A stretch of 64,000 nt of DNA from Acutalibacteraceae bacterium (GTDB lineage: Bacteria > Bacillota > Clostridia > Oscillospirales > Acutalibacteraceae): NCBI GenBank assembly GCA_045613385.1, contig JAZLAW010000002.1:8630-72629 (forward strand). The letters run 5' to 3'. A program made the position numbers and the translations under genes. Of the stretch, positions 48,981 through 58,129 are shown piece after piece. Each line of letters starts with the position of its first letter. The first letter of the stretch is position 1. The notes under the pieces are model-generated. The model was given only the letters and a program-made list of their open reading frames with translations. It was not told the origin of the DNA and did no database searches.

Positions 48981-50195
48981 TTAAGTTCGGTAATCTCCGT
49001 TGATTTTTACATAATCATAAGTAAGGTCGCAACCCCACGCTGTTGCAGATGCTTGTCCTGAAGAAAGACCAATGAGTATTTCAATCTCATCTTCTAACAA
49101 AATTTCTTTAGCGATTTCTTCGGAAAAATCAACACCCGCACCATTTTTGCAAACATTAATGGTTCCCTTTACAGATTTAAAAGAAACATCTATTTTATTA
49201 ACGTCTACATTAGCGCCGCTATAACCTATAGCACATAATACGCGGCCCCAGTTTGCATCGGCGCCAAACATTGCCGCCTTTAAAAGAGAAGAACAAACCA
49301 CACTTTTTGCAACAGTTTTGGCAGTATCAACCGTATCGGCACCGCTCACTTTACATTCAAGAAGTTTAGTAGCCCCTTCACCATCGGCCGCAATCATTCT
49401 GCAAAGATTAACGGTTACCGTGTTAAGTGCCTTCATAAATATAGCAAAATTTTCATCTTCTTTATCAATAATACAGTTATCCGCTAAACCATTGGCAAGT
49501 ACAACAACCATATCATTTGTAGAAGTATCACCATCAACACTAAGCATATTAAAAGTGTTTTGTATATCTGTTGAAAGTGCTTTTTGCAGCATTTCACCAC
49601 TAATATTAACATCACTTGTAATAAATACAAGCATAGTCGCCATATTCGGATGAATCATACCGCTACCCTTTGCAATACCGCCAATACGGCAGGTCTTACC
49701 GTTTATTTCAAATTCAACCGCAATTTCTTTCTTGATGGTATCGGTAGTCATAATACCTTCTGCAGCAAATTCTCCGCCGTTTTCAGATAAACCGTTGATC
49801 AACTCAGGTATACCATTTTTTATGGGCTCAATATTAAGGGGTTGACCGATAACACCTGTAGATGCAACAACCACATCTGCAGGGTCAACATTTAGTGCAT
49901 CCCCCAACATTTTACACATTTTTTCGGCAATTTCGATACCGTCTGCATTACAGGTATTAGCATTACCGCTATTACAAATTATGGCTTTTGCAGTATTATT
50001 TTGCAAATTATTTTTTGTAACAACCAGCGGTGCGCCTTTTACAAGGTTTGTTGTATATACCGCCGCGGCATTAGCCTCTTTCTCGCTCACTATAAGTGAC
50101 AAATCTCTTTTAGAACGATTTTTTCTGATACCGCAATGTACTCCGTTTGCAGTAAATCCCTTAGCGGCACACACGCCACCTGAAATTATTTTCAT
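48981..50195 (-). CDS. argJ: Bifunctional ornithine acetyltransferase/N-acetylglutamate synthase
   Basis: GFTANGVHCGI, the autoprocessing site ATMLVFITSD, and the C-terminal NGDYRT. Confidence 0.95.
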   Translation of the reverse strand: MKIISGGVCAAKGFTANGVHCGIRKNRSKRDLSLIVSEKEANAAAVYTTNLVKGAPLVVTKNNLQNNTAKAIICNSGNANTCNADGIEIAEKMCKMLGDALNVDPADVVVASTGVIGQPLNIEPIKNGIPELINGLSENGGEFAAEGIMTTDTIKKEIAVEFEINGKTCRIGGIAKGSGMIHPNMATMLVFITSDVNISGEMLQKALSTDIQNTFNMLSVDGDTSTNDMVVVLANGLADNCIIDKEDENFAIFMKALNTVTVNLCRMIAADGEGATKLLECKVSGADTVDTAKTVAKSVVCSSLLKAAMFGADANWGRVLCAIGYSGANVDVNKIDVSFKSVKGTINVCKNGAGVDFSEEIAKEILLEDEIEILIGLSSGQASATAWGCDLTYDYVKINGDYRT

Positions 50196-51118
50196 TATAT
50201 TCCCTCCACGAGTGCCGTATTCTGCGATACGCCAAGAACCAAATTCATATTCTGTATAGCTGAGCCAGAAGCACCCTTGCCTAAATTATCATATCTTGCA
50301 ACTAAAATTATTCTATCATCGTTGCCGTATACACTGATTTCCATATCATCTCTGCCGGAAAATTTTGCTGCAGACAGAAATCCGCCTTCATCATCGGCTT
50401 CACAAAAAGACACTAAACCATTTTTATAATAAGACTTATATGTATTTTTTATATTCTCAATACTACCGTTTATTTGTGACTTAAATAGTGGAACCGTAAC
50501 TTCCATACCACTATAATAAGATGCTACGACAGGACAAAATACTGGCTCGGTTTTAAGGCCGCAGATAATCTTCATTTCTTTTAAATGCTTATGTTGTTGA
50601 GCAATGCCGTATTGTCTGGGTGCTGACAATAATTCGTTGTTAGTAGTTTCATAATCGGCTATCATTGATTTGCCACCACCCGAATAACCGGTAAGAGAAA
50701 AACAAGTAAGTTCTGCATCTTTAGAAATTATTTTAGCATCAATAAGCGGTTTTACAAGCGCTATAAATCCACTTGCGTGGCAACCTGGGTTGGCAATACG
50801 CTTATGATTTTTTATTTTTTCGTCACCCAAAACTTCAGGAAAGCCATATACCCAATCATTTTCCGTGCGGTGAGCAGTTGAAGTATCAATTACAACTGTA
50901 TTTTCATTTTCAATCATACCTACAGCTTCCTTGGCCGCCGCATCAGGCAGACAGAGAAAAGCAATATCGCAGTTATTAAGTGCTTCGCGTCTTGCGTTCA
51001 AATCTTTTCTCAATTCATCGGGTAATATAATCAGTTCTATATCGTCTCTGGCAGAAAGTCGGTCATATATCCTTAAACCCGTAGTACCCGCACTACCATC
51101 AATAAAAACCTTTGTCAT
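50195..51118 (-). CDS. argC: N-acetyl-gamma-glutamyl-phosphate reductase (short type)
   Basis: GSAGTTG Rossmann motif and the catalytic NPGCHASG motif. 307 aa. Confidence 0.9.
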   Translation of the reverse strand: MTKVFIDGSAGTTGLRIYDRLSARDDIELIILPDELRKDLNARREALNNCDIAFLCLPDAAAKEAVGMIENENTVVIDTSTAHRTENDWVYGFPEVLGDEKIKNHKRIANPGCHASGFIALVKPLIDAKIISKDAELTCFSLTGYSGGGKSMIADYETTNNELLSAPRQYGIAQQHKHLKEMKIICGLKTEPVFCPVVASYYSGMEVTVPLFKSQINGSIENIKNTYKSYYKNGLVSFCEADDEGGFLSAAKFSGRDDMEISVYGNDDRIILVARYDNLGKGASGSAIQNMNLVLGVSQNTALVEGI

Positions 51119-51121
51119 ACT

Positions 51122-52492
51122 TTATAGACACGCCCTTACGTAATTTATCTGATTTTCTACAGAACTAAATGAAGTACCGCCTTTACTTATACGTTTTTCA
51201 ACACAAGCAGTAAGACTAATTTCTCCATATAAATCTTCACGGAATAATTCACTAAATTCTTTATATTCTTTCAGTGATAAATCCTCTAAAATTTTATTTT
51301 CCTTTATACATCTTGCAACTATCTGTCCGGATATTTTATAAGCCGTTCTGAAAGGCATACCGTTTTTGACCAGATAATCGGCAAGGTCTGTGGCGTTAAT
51401 AAAGCCTTTCTGAGCCGCTGCCAACATATTATCTTTATTAACAGTCATTGTCTCAATCATTCCTGTCATAACAAGAATACATTTCTTGACTGTCTCTACT
51501 GCATCAAATACACTTTCCTTGTCTTCTTGCATATCCTTGTTATATGCTAACGGTAAACCCTTCAAGACTGTAAGAAGTGACAGTAAATCTCCATATACTC
51601 TACCCGTTTTACCACGGATAAGTTCCGCCATATCAGAATTCTTTTTCTGCGGCATAATGGAAGAACCTGTTGTAAAATCATCGGAAAGTTCTACAAATTT
51701 AAATTCCCAGCTTGTCCACAAAATCAGTTCTTCAGATAAACGTGACAAATGCATCATAATCAGCGAAATATCCGCCATAAGTTCTACGGCGAAATCCCTG
51801 TCAGAAACACCGTCCATACTGTTTTGGCAGATAGAATCAAAATTCAATTTTTTAGCTTCATATTCCCGGTCGGTGTTGTATGTAGTACCAGCTAATGCAC
51901 AACTGCCTATAGGACATACATTTGTCCTTTTTCTCGTATCGGCAAGTCTGTCGATATCTCTTAGAAGCATCATACAATAAGCCAACAAATGATGGCCAAA
52001 TGAAATAGGTTGTGCACGTTGCAAATGTGTATAACCGGGCATAATTGTTTTTATATTTTGTTCCGCTTTGTCGGTCAATGCACTTATTAAATTCCTTGTA
52101 ATTTTCGAAATTTCATCAATCTCTTCCCGCAAATTCATTCTAAGGTCCAATGCAACCTGGTCATTACGGCTTCTTGCAGTATGCAGTTTTTTACCTGTAT
52201 CGCCGATTCGCAAAGTCAATTCCTGTTCAACAAACATATGAATGTCTTCACATTCCATATCAAATTGGAGTTTTCCGGAATTCAGGTCATCTAAAATTTC
52301 CCCAAGTCCATTAATCAAGGCATCGGCATCATTATCGGTTATAATACCGCAATTTGCCAACATAGCCGCGTGAGCCATACTTCCTTCAATGTCTTGTTTA
52401 TAGAGCTTATAATCAAAATGAATGGAAGAATTAAAGTCATCAGCCAGTTTATTTGTGGCGCCATCTGTTCTTCCTGCCCATAATTTAGCCAT
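51122..52492 (-). CDS. argH: Argininosuccinate lyase
   Basis: KLWAGR start, SRNDQV and GSSIMPQKKN signature motifs. Confidence 0.95.
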   Translation of the reverse strand: MAKLWAGRTDGATNKLADDFNSSIHFDYKLYKQDIEGSMAHAAMLANCGIITDNDADALINGLGEILDDLNSGKLQFDMECEDIHMFVEQELTLRIGDTGKKLHTARSRNDQVALDLRMNLREEIDEISKITRNLISALTDKAEQNIKTIMPGYTHLQRAQPISFGHHLLAYCMMLLRDIDRLADTRKRTNVCPIGSCALAGTTYNTDREYEAKKLNFDSICQNSMDGVSDRDFAVELMADISLIMMHLSRLSEELILWTSWEFKFVELSDDFTTGSSIMPQKKNSDMAELIRGKTGRVYGDLLSLLTVLKGLPLAYNKDMQEDKESVFDAVETVKKCILVMTGMIETMTVNKDNMLAAAQKGFINATDLADYLVKNGMPFRTAYKISGQIVARCIKENKILEDLSLKEYKEFSELFREDLYGEISLTACVEKRISKGGTSFSSVENQINYVRACL

Positions 52493-52560
52493 AATTACAC
52501 CATACCTTAAAAATTATTAATAGTCCTGTACGGATAATCCATACAGGACAGATTATTATA

Positions 52561-53775
52561 TTATTTGCCATCAACAATGGCCTGAACCTTTATCGGCAAA
52601 CCGTAAAGATTTATAAAGCCTGCTGAATCCTTCTGGTCATAATCGCTCTCACCAAATGTAGCGATTTCTTCACTGTAAAGTGAGTACGGACTCCAAACAC
52701 CTGCATTAATCATATTGCCTTTGTAGAGCTTGAGTTTAACCTTACCGGTAACTCTCTCCTGCGTCTTATCAACAAACGCAGAAAGTGCTTCGCGAAGCGG
52801 AGTGAACCACTGACCGTTATATACGAGCTCTGCAAAAGTAATTGACAATCTCTGTTTTTCGTGCATTGTCATTTTATCGAGACACAAGGTTTCAAGAACA
52901 TTGTGAGCCTTGTAAAGAATTGTACCGCCGGGGGTTTCATAAACACCGCGGCACTTCATACCAACAAGACGATTTTCAACAATGTCAATAATTCCGATAC
53001 CGTTTGCGCCTCCGATTTCATTGAGTTTAAGGATAATTTCCTTTGCGCTCATTTTAACGCCGTCAAGTGATACCGGAATACCTTTTTCAAATTCGAGTTC
53101 AACGTAGGTTGGCTTATCGGGTGCCGCAATGGGAGAAACACCCATTTCAAGAAAACCGGGTTTTTCATACATAGGTTCGTTTCCTGTATCTTCAAGGTCC
53201 ATACCTTCGTGTGATAAGTGCCAAAGATTTTTATCTTTTGAATAGTTGGTTTCCCTATTTATCTTAAGCGGAATATTATGTGCTTCCGCATACTCTATTT
53301 CTTCTTCACGAGATTTTATATCCCACTCTCTCCAAGGAGCAATGATGGGCATATTGGGTGCAAAATGTTTAATGGCAAGTTCAAAACGAACCTGGTCATT
53401 ACCCTTACCGGTACAACCATGGCAAATTGCGTCTGCGCCTTCTTTAATGGCAATTTCAACAAGACCCTTTGCAATACAGGGACGCGCATGTGAAGTACCA
53501 AGCAGATATTCTTCGTATACAGCGCCTGCTTTCATTGTAGGAATTATGTATTCATCAACATATTCTTCGGTTAAATCAAGTACATAAAGTTTGGATGCAC
53601 CCGTTTTAATAGCTTTTTCTTCCAAGCCTTCAAGTTCATCAGCCTGTCCTACGTTGCCCGAAACGGCTATTACTTCGCAATTATTGTAATTCTCCTTCAG
53701 CCACGGAATTATAATAGACGTATCAAGTCCACCCGAGTACGCCAATACAACCTTTTTGATATCTTCTTTTTTCAT
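52561..53775 (-). CDS. argG: Argininosuccinate synthase
   Basis: [11 protein letters not shown]-loop motif and the [13 protein letters not shown] motif. Confidence 0.95.
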   Translation of the reverse strand: MKKEDIKKVVLAYSGGLDTSIIIPWLKENYNNCEVIAVSGNVGQADELEGLEEKAIKTGASKLYVLDLTEEYVDEYIIPTMKAGAVYEEYLLGTSHARPCIAKGLVEIAIKEGADAICHGCTGKGNDQVRFELAIKHFAPNMPIIAPWREWDIKSREEEIEYAEAHNIPLKINRETNYSKDKNLWHLSHEGMDLEDTGNEPMYEKPGFLEMGVSPIAAPDKPTYVELEFEKGIPVSLDGVKMSAKEIILKLNEIGGANGIGIIDIVENRLVGMKCRGVYETPGGTILYKAHNVLETLCLDKMTMHEKQRLSITFAELVYNGQWFTPLREALSAFVDKTQERVTGKVKLKLYKGNMINAGVWSPYSLYSEEIATFGESDYDQKDSAGFINLYGLPIKVQAIVDGK

Positions 53776-53788
53776 AATTTTCTCTCCT

Positions 53789-53802
53789 TGAATAAATATG
53801 CA
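53789..53802. promoter_or_regulatory. ARG-box-like palindrome downstream of the arg promoter
   Basis: TGAATAAATATGCA fits TGMAT-W4-ATKCA. Lies between the promoter and the argG RBS. Confidence 0.45.
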
Positions 53803-53826
53803 TAGTCAAATTTTTAACACTTGACT

Positions 53827-53855
53827 ATTATACACAGTAAAAATTGCTTTGTCAA
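53827..53855 (-). promoter_or_regulatory. arg operon promoter (consensus)
   Basis: On the minus strand: TTGACA (53855-53850), 17 nt, TATAAT (53832-53827). Confidence 0.7.
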
Positions 53856-53874
53856 GCACTAAAATAAATATTTA

Positions 53875-53940
53875 TGCATAATTATTGAATTTTTACTCTA
53901 TATTTTGCATTTTTATGCAAGTTTTGTGCAAATTATTCAA
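53875..53940. promoter_or_regulatory. Cluster of three ARG-box-like palindromes upstream of the arg promoter
   Basis: TGCATAATTATTGAAT (53875-90), the perfect palindrome TTGCAT-TTTT-ATGCAA (53905-20), and TGTGCAAATTATTCAA (53925-40). Confidence 0.45.
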
Positions 53941-53976
53941 AAAACAAAATGCCCTTTCAGAAAAGAGCATTTTTTA
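53941..53976. terminator. Terminator after the amidohydrolase gene, insulating it from the arg promoter
   Basis: AATGCCCTTT-CAGA-AAAGAGCATT hairpin (one mismatch) with T-runs on both strands. Confidence 0.65.
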
Positions 53977-53983
53977 CGATTTT

Positions 53984-55057
53984 TTATTTACAGTAAAAGT
54001 TCTTGATTTCATCAAAAACTTTTTTCTCATCTTCAGAAAAAGTTTCATATTTCAAGGACAATCTTTCAATTTCTTTGATTATTGCTGATTTATTATTCGG
54101 TTTCGGAGTATCACCCAATAACTTTCTATGATTATTGAAAACAATATTTCTTACTGCCTGTTCGCTTAATCCTAACGGTTTGTACACATATTCAGGTTTA
54201 AAGTAAAAATCTGACAAACTGAATTCTTCGGTGTCGGCAATATTTTTGCAAACAAGATTATAAAGATTTTCAAAGTTCCTTAAATCATTAAACTCAGCGT
54301 TATAAGAGTCGGTTCCAAGATATATACGCTCTGAGTTCCTTTCTAAGAAATATCTCATTGCTTCCCTGTTTTCAGTAAACACCTGGAACATATGTACCCC
54401 CGGTGTTAAGTCGAAAGAAAGATTTGGATATTTATCAAGAAATCTCTGCGCCATATCAAGTTTATCATACATAAAAGCAAAATGTGCTAAAATTACATTT
54501 AAATTTTGATGTTTATCCATCATTTTCTCAAATTCCGCATAGGTTTCATCAAGAGATAAAAATCCTTCAGCACCGTAATAATGTCCGTCAGTTATACGGT
54601 ATGGCTCTTCCTTTTTTAGTCTCTCATAGTCCCAATAATAAATAGGGTCAGCAATATGTATTAAAACAGGTAAATTGTTTTTTTCGGCATAATCAAAAAC
54701 CTTATCATACATCGGAGAATCAAAACCAAAACCTAACTTCTTACGCATGTCGGGTTTGCCTTCAATTAATTTAAGGCCTTCGAATCCCTGCTCCATAGCA
54801 TTTTCTAATTGCTCAAGCAAATCATCTGCCGTAGTATCCTTATCATACCAAAAACCGTAGAAAGCAAAAGCATCGGGATACATCATATCCTTAGCCATTA
54901 AAATCATCAAATTCTGAGAAATGCAGTCATCGTAAATCGGCACCGAAAGAAAAACGATTTTTTCAACATCATTCTGTTTCATTTCTTTTCTGAAAAAATC
55001 AACCGTATCGGTCATCGGACGTAACTTATCAATATGATAATGAATATCTCTAACCAT
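53984..55057 (-). CDS. Metal-dependent amidohydrolase-fold (TIM barrel) hydrolase
   Basis: The ATG at 55057 has an AGGAG RBS. DIHYH N-terminal HxH motif, with later LIHIADP, ILAHFA and GTDS. Confidence 0.65.
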   Translation of the reverse strand: MVRDIHYHIDKLRPMTDTVDFFRKEMKQNDVEKIVFLSVPIYDDCISQNLMILMAKDMMYPDAFAFYGFWYDKDTTADDLLEQLENAMEQGFEGLKLIEGKPDMRKKLGFGFDSPMYDKVFDYAEKNNLPVLIHIADPIYYWDYERLKKEEPYRITDGHYYGAEGFLSLDETYAEFEKMMDKHQNLNVILAHFAFMYDKLDMAQRFLDKYPNLSFDLTPGVHMFQVFTENREAMRYFLERNSERIYLGTDSYNAEFNDLRNFENLYNLVCKNIADTEEFSLSDFYFKPEYVYKPLGLSEQAVRNIVFNNHRKLLGDTPKPNNKSAIIKEIERLSLKYETFSEDEKKVFDEIKNFYCK

Positions 55058-55170
55058 TAAAATCAACTCCTAACAAATGAATTATAACACACAAAAAATT
55101 TTGTCAATGAGTATCCGCACGCTGTACGGGTTGATATTTATTTGATATAAAATTAGAATCAGTTGTTTTG

Positions 55171-55389
55171 CTACTTGTTAATCTCGGGATTATCAGTACG
55201 ATTCAAAAGATAATCAACAGAAACATTGTGAAAATCTGCAATACCGATTAGGATAGATGTTGGTATATCAATATCTCCGCGCTCATAATTACTATATACC
55301 CTTTGACTGCACGAAAGCAATTTTCCCATATAGGTTTGGGTCAAATCTTTATCCTCGCGTAAATTTCTAATTCTGTCGTAAACCGCCAC
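55171..55389 (-). CDS. XRE-family HTH transcriptional regulator
   Basis: 72 aa with IRNLREDKDLTQ..MGKLL.CSQRVYSNYERG, the classic Cro/C1 HTH. AGGTGGTGA RBS. Confidence 0.85.
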   Translation of the reverse strand: MAVYDRIRNLREDKDLTQTYMGKLLSCSQRVYSNYERGDIDIPTSILIGIADFHNVSVDYLLNRTDNPEINK

Positions 55390-55428
55390 ACTATCACCAC
55401 CTGTTTAATTTTTAGTTTTATTATGTAC

Positions 55429-55470
55429 TAGCGAATTATTCGCTATTGACTTTTAGCGGACAATTCGCTA
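55429..55470. promoter_or_regulatory. Two 17-nt palindromic operator candidates flanking and overlapping the -35 of the divergent promoter
   Basis: TAGCGAAT-T-ATTCGCTA (55429-45, perfect) and TAGCGGAC-A-ATTCGCTA (55454-70, 6/8 pairs). Centres are 25 nt apart. Confidence 0.6.
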
Positions 55471-55474
55471 AAAT
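55446..55474 (+). promoter_or_regulatory. Promoter of the permuted peptidase-like gene
   Basis: TTGACT, 17 nt, TAAAAT. The listed ORF start at 55446 is this -35 element read as a TTG codon. Confidence 0.6.
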
Positions 55475-55517
55475 ATACTTATCAACATATAAAACATACA
55501 AAAGTGGTGATAAATTT

Positions 55518-56381
55518 TTGATAAATTTTATTAAACGTATAATAAATAGTCGATATTTTCAATCATTTAAATGTGTAATTAATGACCCGAAAGGCTATAT
55601 CGACAGAAATAAATTCGTTAAATATATGAACAAGACTTCTAAGCAAATCGGAATGAAGAGTAGTCGCTTTCAAAATCCTAGTGGAACTTCTTCTTACTCA
55701 TTTACAACTGCTTTAGATTTATCCGTTTTATGTGAAAAAGCAATATCCTACAATTTAATTAATAAAATTTGGCAAAAAAAAAGCATAAGTGTGAATATTA
55801 AAGGCACAAATTCCCGTACAATAAATATTAAAAATATAGTCTTTAATAATTGTGATAATAACCTAAAAAATTTTTTAATTGGTGGTAAAAGTGGTTCTTT
55901 GAATGCTAAAAACAAATCGCATATTTTTTATTTAGAAATTAACAAAGAAAAACACATTTTAGCAATATTGGCACAAGATAAAATAAGTTTTCAAAAAATT
56001 TATACTATTGCATACGAAATATGTACTAACAGTTTTAGCGGAGTAATTGGTGATTTTACTAATAAAATGTTAGAAAATAGTGGTGGTTTTATATTTAAAA
56101 AGATCAATAATGGAACCTGTTTTTTTAAAAATGAAAATATTAGAATGATTCCTGCCAGTGTCACAAAGATTTTAACGGCAATTTGTGTACTAGAATCAGG
56201 TATTAATCTTAATTCAAATGTTGTAATTTCAAAAAGTGATATTTCGAAAGGTTCTGGCTCAAAATTTCTCACAGGTGACATCGTTACTATGACAGAAGCA
56301 TTATATATAATGATTATGGAATCTTCAAATACAATGGCAAATGCAATTTCTAGGACTGTTGGTTCAAATTTTAATTTTTAA
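55518..56381 (+). CDS. Peptidase S11 (DD-carboxypeptidase/beta-lactamase fold) homologue with circularly permuted motif order and no signal peptide
   Basis: KSG (nt 55887-95) precedes SVTK (56157-68) and SSN (56322-30). The N-terminal half aligns to the C-terminal half of the PBP5 gene at 4816-5922 and vice versa. The start is uncertain: TTG at 55518 behind GTGGTGA, or ATG at 55626. Confidence 0.55.
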   Translation: MINFIKRIINSRYFQSFKCVINDPKGYIDRNKFVKYMNKTSKQIGMKSSRFQNPSGTSSYSFTTALDLSVLCEKAISYNLINKIWQKKSISVNIKGTNSRTINIKNIVFNNCDNNLKNFLIGGKSGSLNAKNKSHIFYLEINKEKHILAILAQDKISFQKIYTIAYEICTNSFSGVIGDFTNKMLENSGGFIFKKINNGTCFFKNENIRMIPASVTKILTAICVLESGINLNSNVVISKSDISKGSGSKFLTGDIVTMTEALYIMIMESSNTMANAISRTVGSNFNF

Positions 56382-56383
56382 TA

Positions 56384-56418
56384 AAAAAGGCAAGACCAAA
56401 TTGGTCTTGCCTTTTTTA
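56384..56418. terminator. Bidirectional terminator
   Basis: AGGCAAGACCA-AAT-TGGTCTTGCCT hairpin flanked by an A-run and a T-run. Confidence 0.85.
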
Positions 56419-56432
56419 TGCTTATTATTCGA

Positions 56433-57665
56433 CTAATTTTTAAAATCTTTTAGTATATCATTTACGGTTTCTTCAGCAGAAATTTTTGAATTAATTAGTT
56501 TATCCGAAACCTTACAATATATCTCGTACCGCTCGTTATAACGTTTTTCGAGTGATTCTCTGTCTTTAGATAGCGGTCGGTCATCGGTGGGAATAATTTT
56601 ATCAAGCGGTCGGTCGATAAAGTAAATTTTACTGTTAAGTTTAAGAAAATCAATATTTTCTTGTCTTAAAACTGCGCCGCCTCCTGTAGCTATAACCTTG
56701 CCTTGCAATGCCGAAACACGTTTAACAACGTCGGTTTCAATATCCCTGAAACCGCTCTCTCCCATTTTTGCAAAAATATCGGTAATATCCCCATTTTCCT
56801 TTGATATAATTTCATCGGTATCGATAAATTCCCTGCCCAGTTTTTCTGCCAAAATTTTACCAACTGTCGTCTTACCGCAGCCTGGCATACCTATTAAAAC
56901 AATATTTTCTTTGGACTTATATATATTATCAAAAATACCGTTTGCCAATTTTTGTGAGCATTTCTCACCCTTAAATTTTTCTACCGCAAATATTGCTTGG
57001 CTTACAAGCATATATAGTCCACCTGTTGCTATAATATCGCGTTTTTTAGCTTCTATAACAAGTTTTGAACAAAGCGGATTATAGACAGCATCAAAAACGC
57101 CTTCCAATGCAGGAAAATCATCTAAATCAACAAGACACGCATCAACATTTGGAAACATACCGACAGGTGTTGTGTTTATTATTATTTGTGTTTGTGGTCT
57201 GTTCTTTGCTTCTTCATAGGTAATTGTACCGTTTTTCTTTTCGCGCGAAACCATATTAATTAATTTTGCATCACAGGACTCCGCCACAGCATAAGCTGTT
57301 TTTGATGTACCGCCATCACCTAAAATTAAAACTTCCTTGTCCTTAAGGTCAATTCCCGTTTTTTCAATATTGGCTTTTAAACCCAAAAAATCGGTGTTAT
57401 AACCTTTAAGTTTACCTTCATCATTTACAACAACATTAACAACACCTATTTTTTTCGCTACATCACTTATTTCATCGAGATACGGTATTACTGTCTGTTT
57501 GTAAGGAATTGTAACGTTAATACCCCTAAAATCTTTCTTTTTCATAAAAGCATCTACTTCTTCGGGTTTTAATTCCTTAACACAATAATCCATATTAAAA
57601 TAAGGACTATAAATTTCTTTAGAAAAACTATGCGATAATTTTTCTCCTATAATTGCATATTCCAT
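56433..57665 (-). CDS. aroE/aroK: Bifunctional shikimate dehydrogenase / shikimate kinase fusion
   Basis: The N-terminus is AroE-like (IIGEKLSHSFS, NVTIPYK, GDGGTSK). The C-terminal ~165 aa has the P-loop GMPGCGKTTVGK and FIDTD of shikimate kinase. The ATG at 57665 has a GGAGAA RBS. Confidence 0.85.
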   Translation of the reverse strand: MEYAIIGEKLSHSFSKEIYSPYFNMDYCVKELKPEEVDAFMKKKDFRGINVTIPYKQTVIPYLDEISDVAKKIGVVNVVVNDEGKLKGYNTDFLGLKANIEKTGIDLKDKEVLILGDGGTSKTAYAVAESCDAKLINMVSREKKNGTITYEEAKNRPQTQIIINTTPVGMFPNVDACLVDLDDFPALEGVFDAVYNPLCSKLVIEAKKRDIIATGGLYMLVSQAIFAVEKFKGEKCSQKLANGIFDNIYKSKENIVLIGMPGCGKTTVGKILAEKLGREFIDTDEIISKENGDITDIFAKMGESGFRDIETDVVKRVSALQGKVIATGGGAVLRQENIDFLKLNSKIYFIDRPLDKIIPTDDRPLSKDRESLEKRYNERYEIYCKVSDKLINSKISAEETVNDILKDFKN

Positions 57666-57724
57666 TCTTTTTCTCCAAAATAACAAATTTTTTCTTTATT
57701 ATACAACAATATTTCCATTTTCTC

Positions 57725-57768
57725 AATAAAAAATCATACCGCACAGATTTTCTGTAGCGGTATGATTT
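57725..57768 (-). terminator. Strong terminator downstream of the orphan spoIVB 3' fragment
   Basis: 12-bp stem AAATCATACCGC/GCGGTATGATTT plus a T6 run on the minus strand. Confidence 0.8.
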
Positions 57769-57807
57769 CATAATTTATCTTTTATTCGCGGCATCAAAGT
57801 ATCATCT

Positions 57808-57963
57808 TTAAGATGCAGGATTCAATTCATTGTTTTCTGCAATCGATTGTGCCGTTTCAAGCATAGTTTCAGCAAATATTCCATAGCCTTTGTTTGGTGT
57901 GTCTATTAATACATGCGTTACCGCACCCACAAGTTTTCCTTCTTGAATAATCGGACTGCCCGA
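57808..57963 (-). pseudogene. Orphan 3' fragment of a spoIVB gene (last 51 codons plus stop)
   Basis: SGSPIIQEGKLVGAVTHVLIDTPNKGYGIFAETMLETAQ... is 38/51 identical to the C-terminus of the intact SpoIVB at 59722-59877. The upstream part of the listed 78-aa ORF is unrelated. Confidence 0.8.
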
Positions 57964-58030
57964 CACGCACGTGTCAATATAGGACCAACATATTTTTGCT
58001 TTGTTAGATTGCAAAAATTTCCCTAATACG

Positions 58031-58065
58031 CAAAGAAATCGCACCTAATAGGCACGATTTCTTTG
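58031..58065 (-). terminator. Hairpin after the 92-aa gene
   Basis: CAAAGAAATCG / CGATTTCTTTG perfect 11-bp stem with a 13-nt loop. The T-tract is weak. Confidence 0.4.
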
Positions 58066-58129
58066 TATTATAGGTAATGCTATTTTAGTGTACGTGTTAT
58101 ATTAGGACCAACACAAAATAAATATTTTA

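Noticed and set aside
51486-51980. 164-aa plus-strand ORF
   Set aside because: Antisense within argH.
57808-58044. 78-aa ORF as a real gene
   Set aside because: Only the last 51 codons are SpoIVB-like. The first 27 are unrelated read-in sequence that overlaps the upstream hairpin, with no RBS. It is treated as a gene remnant.
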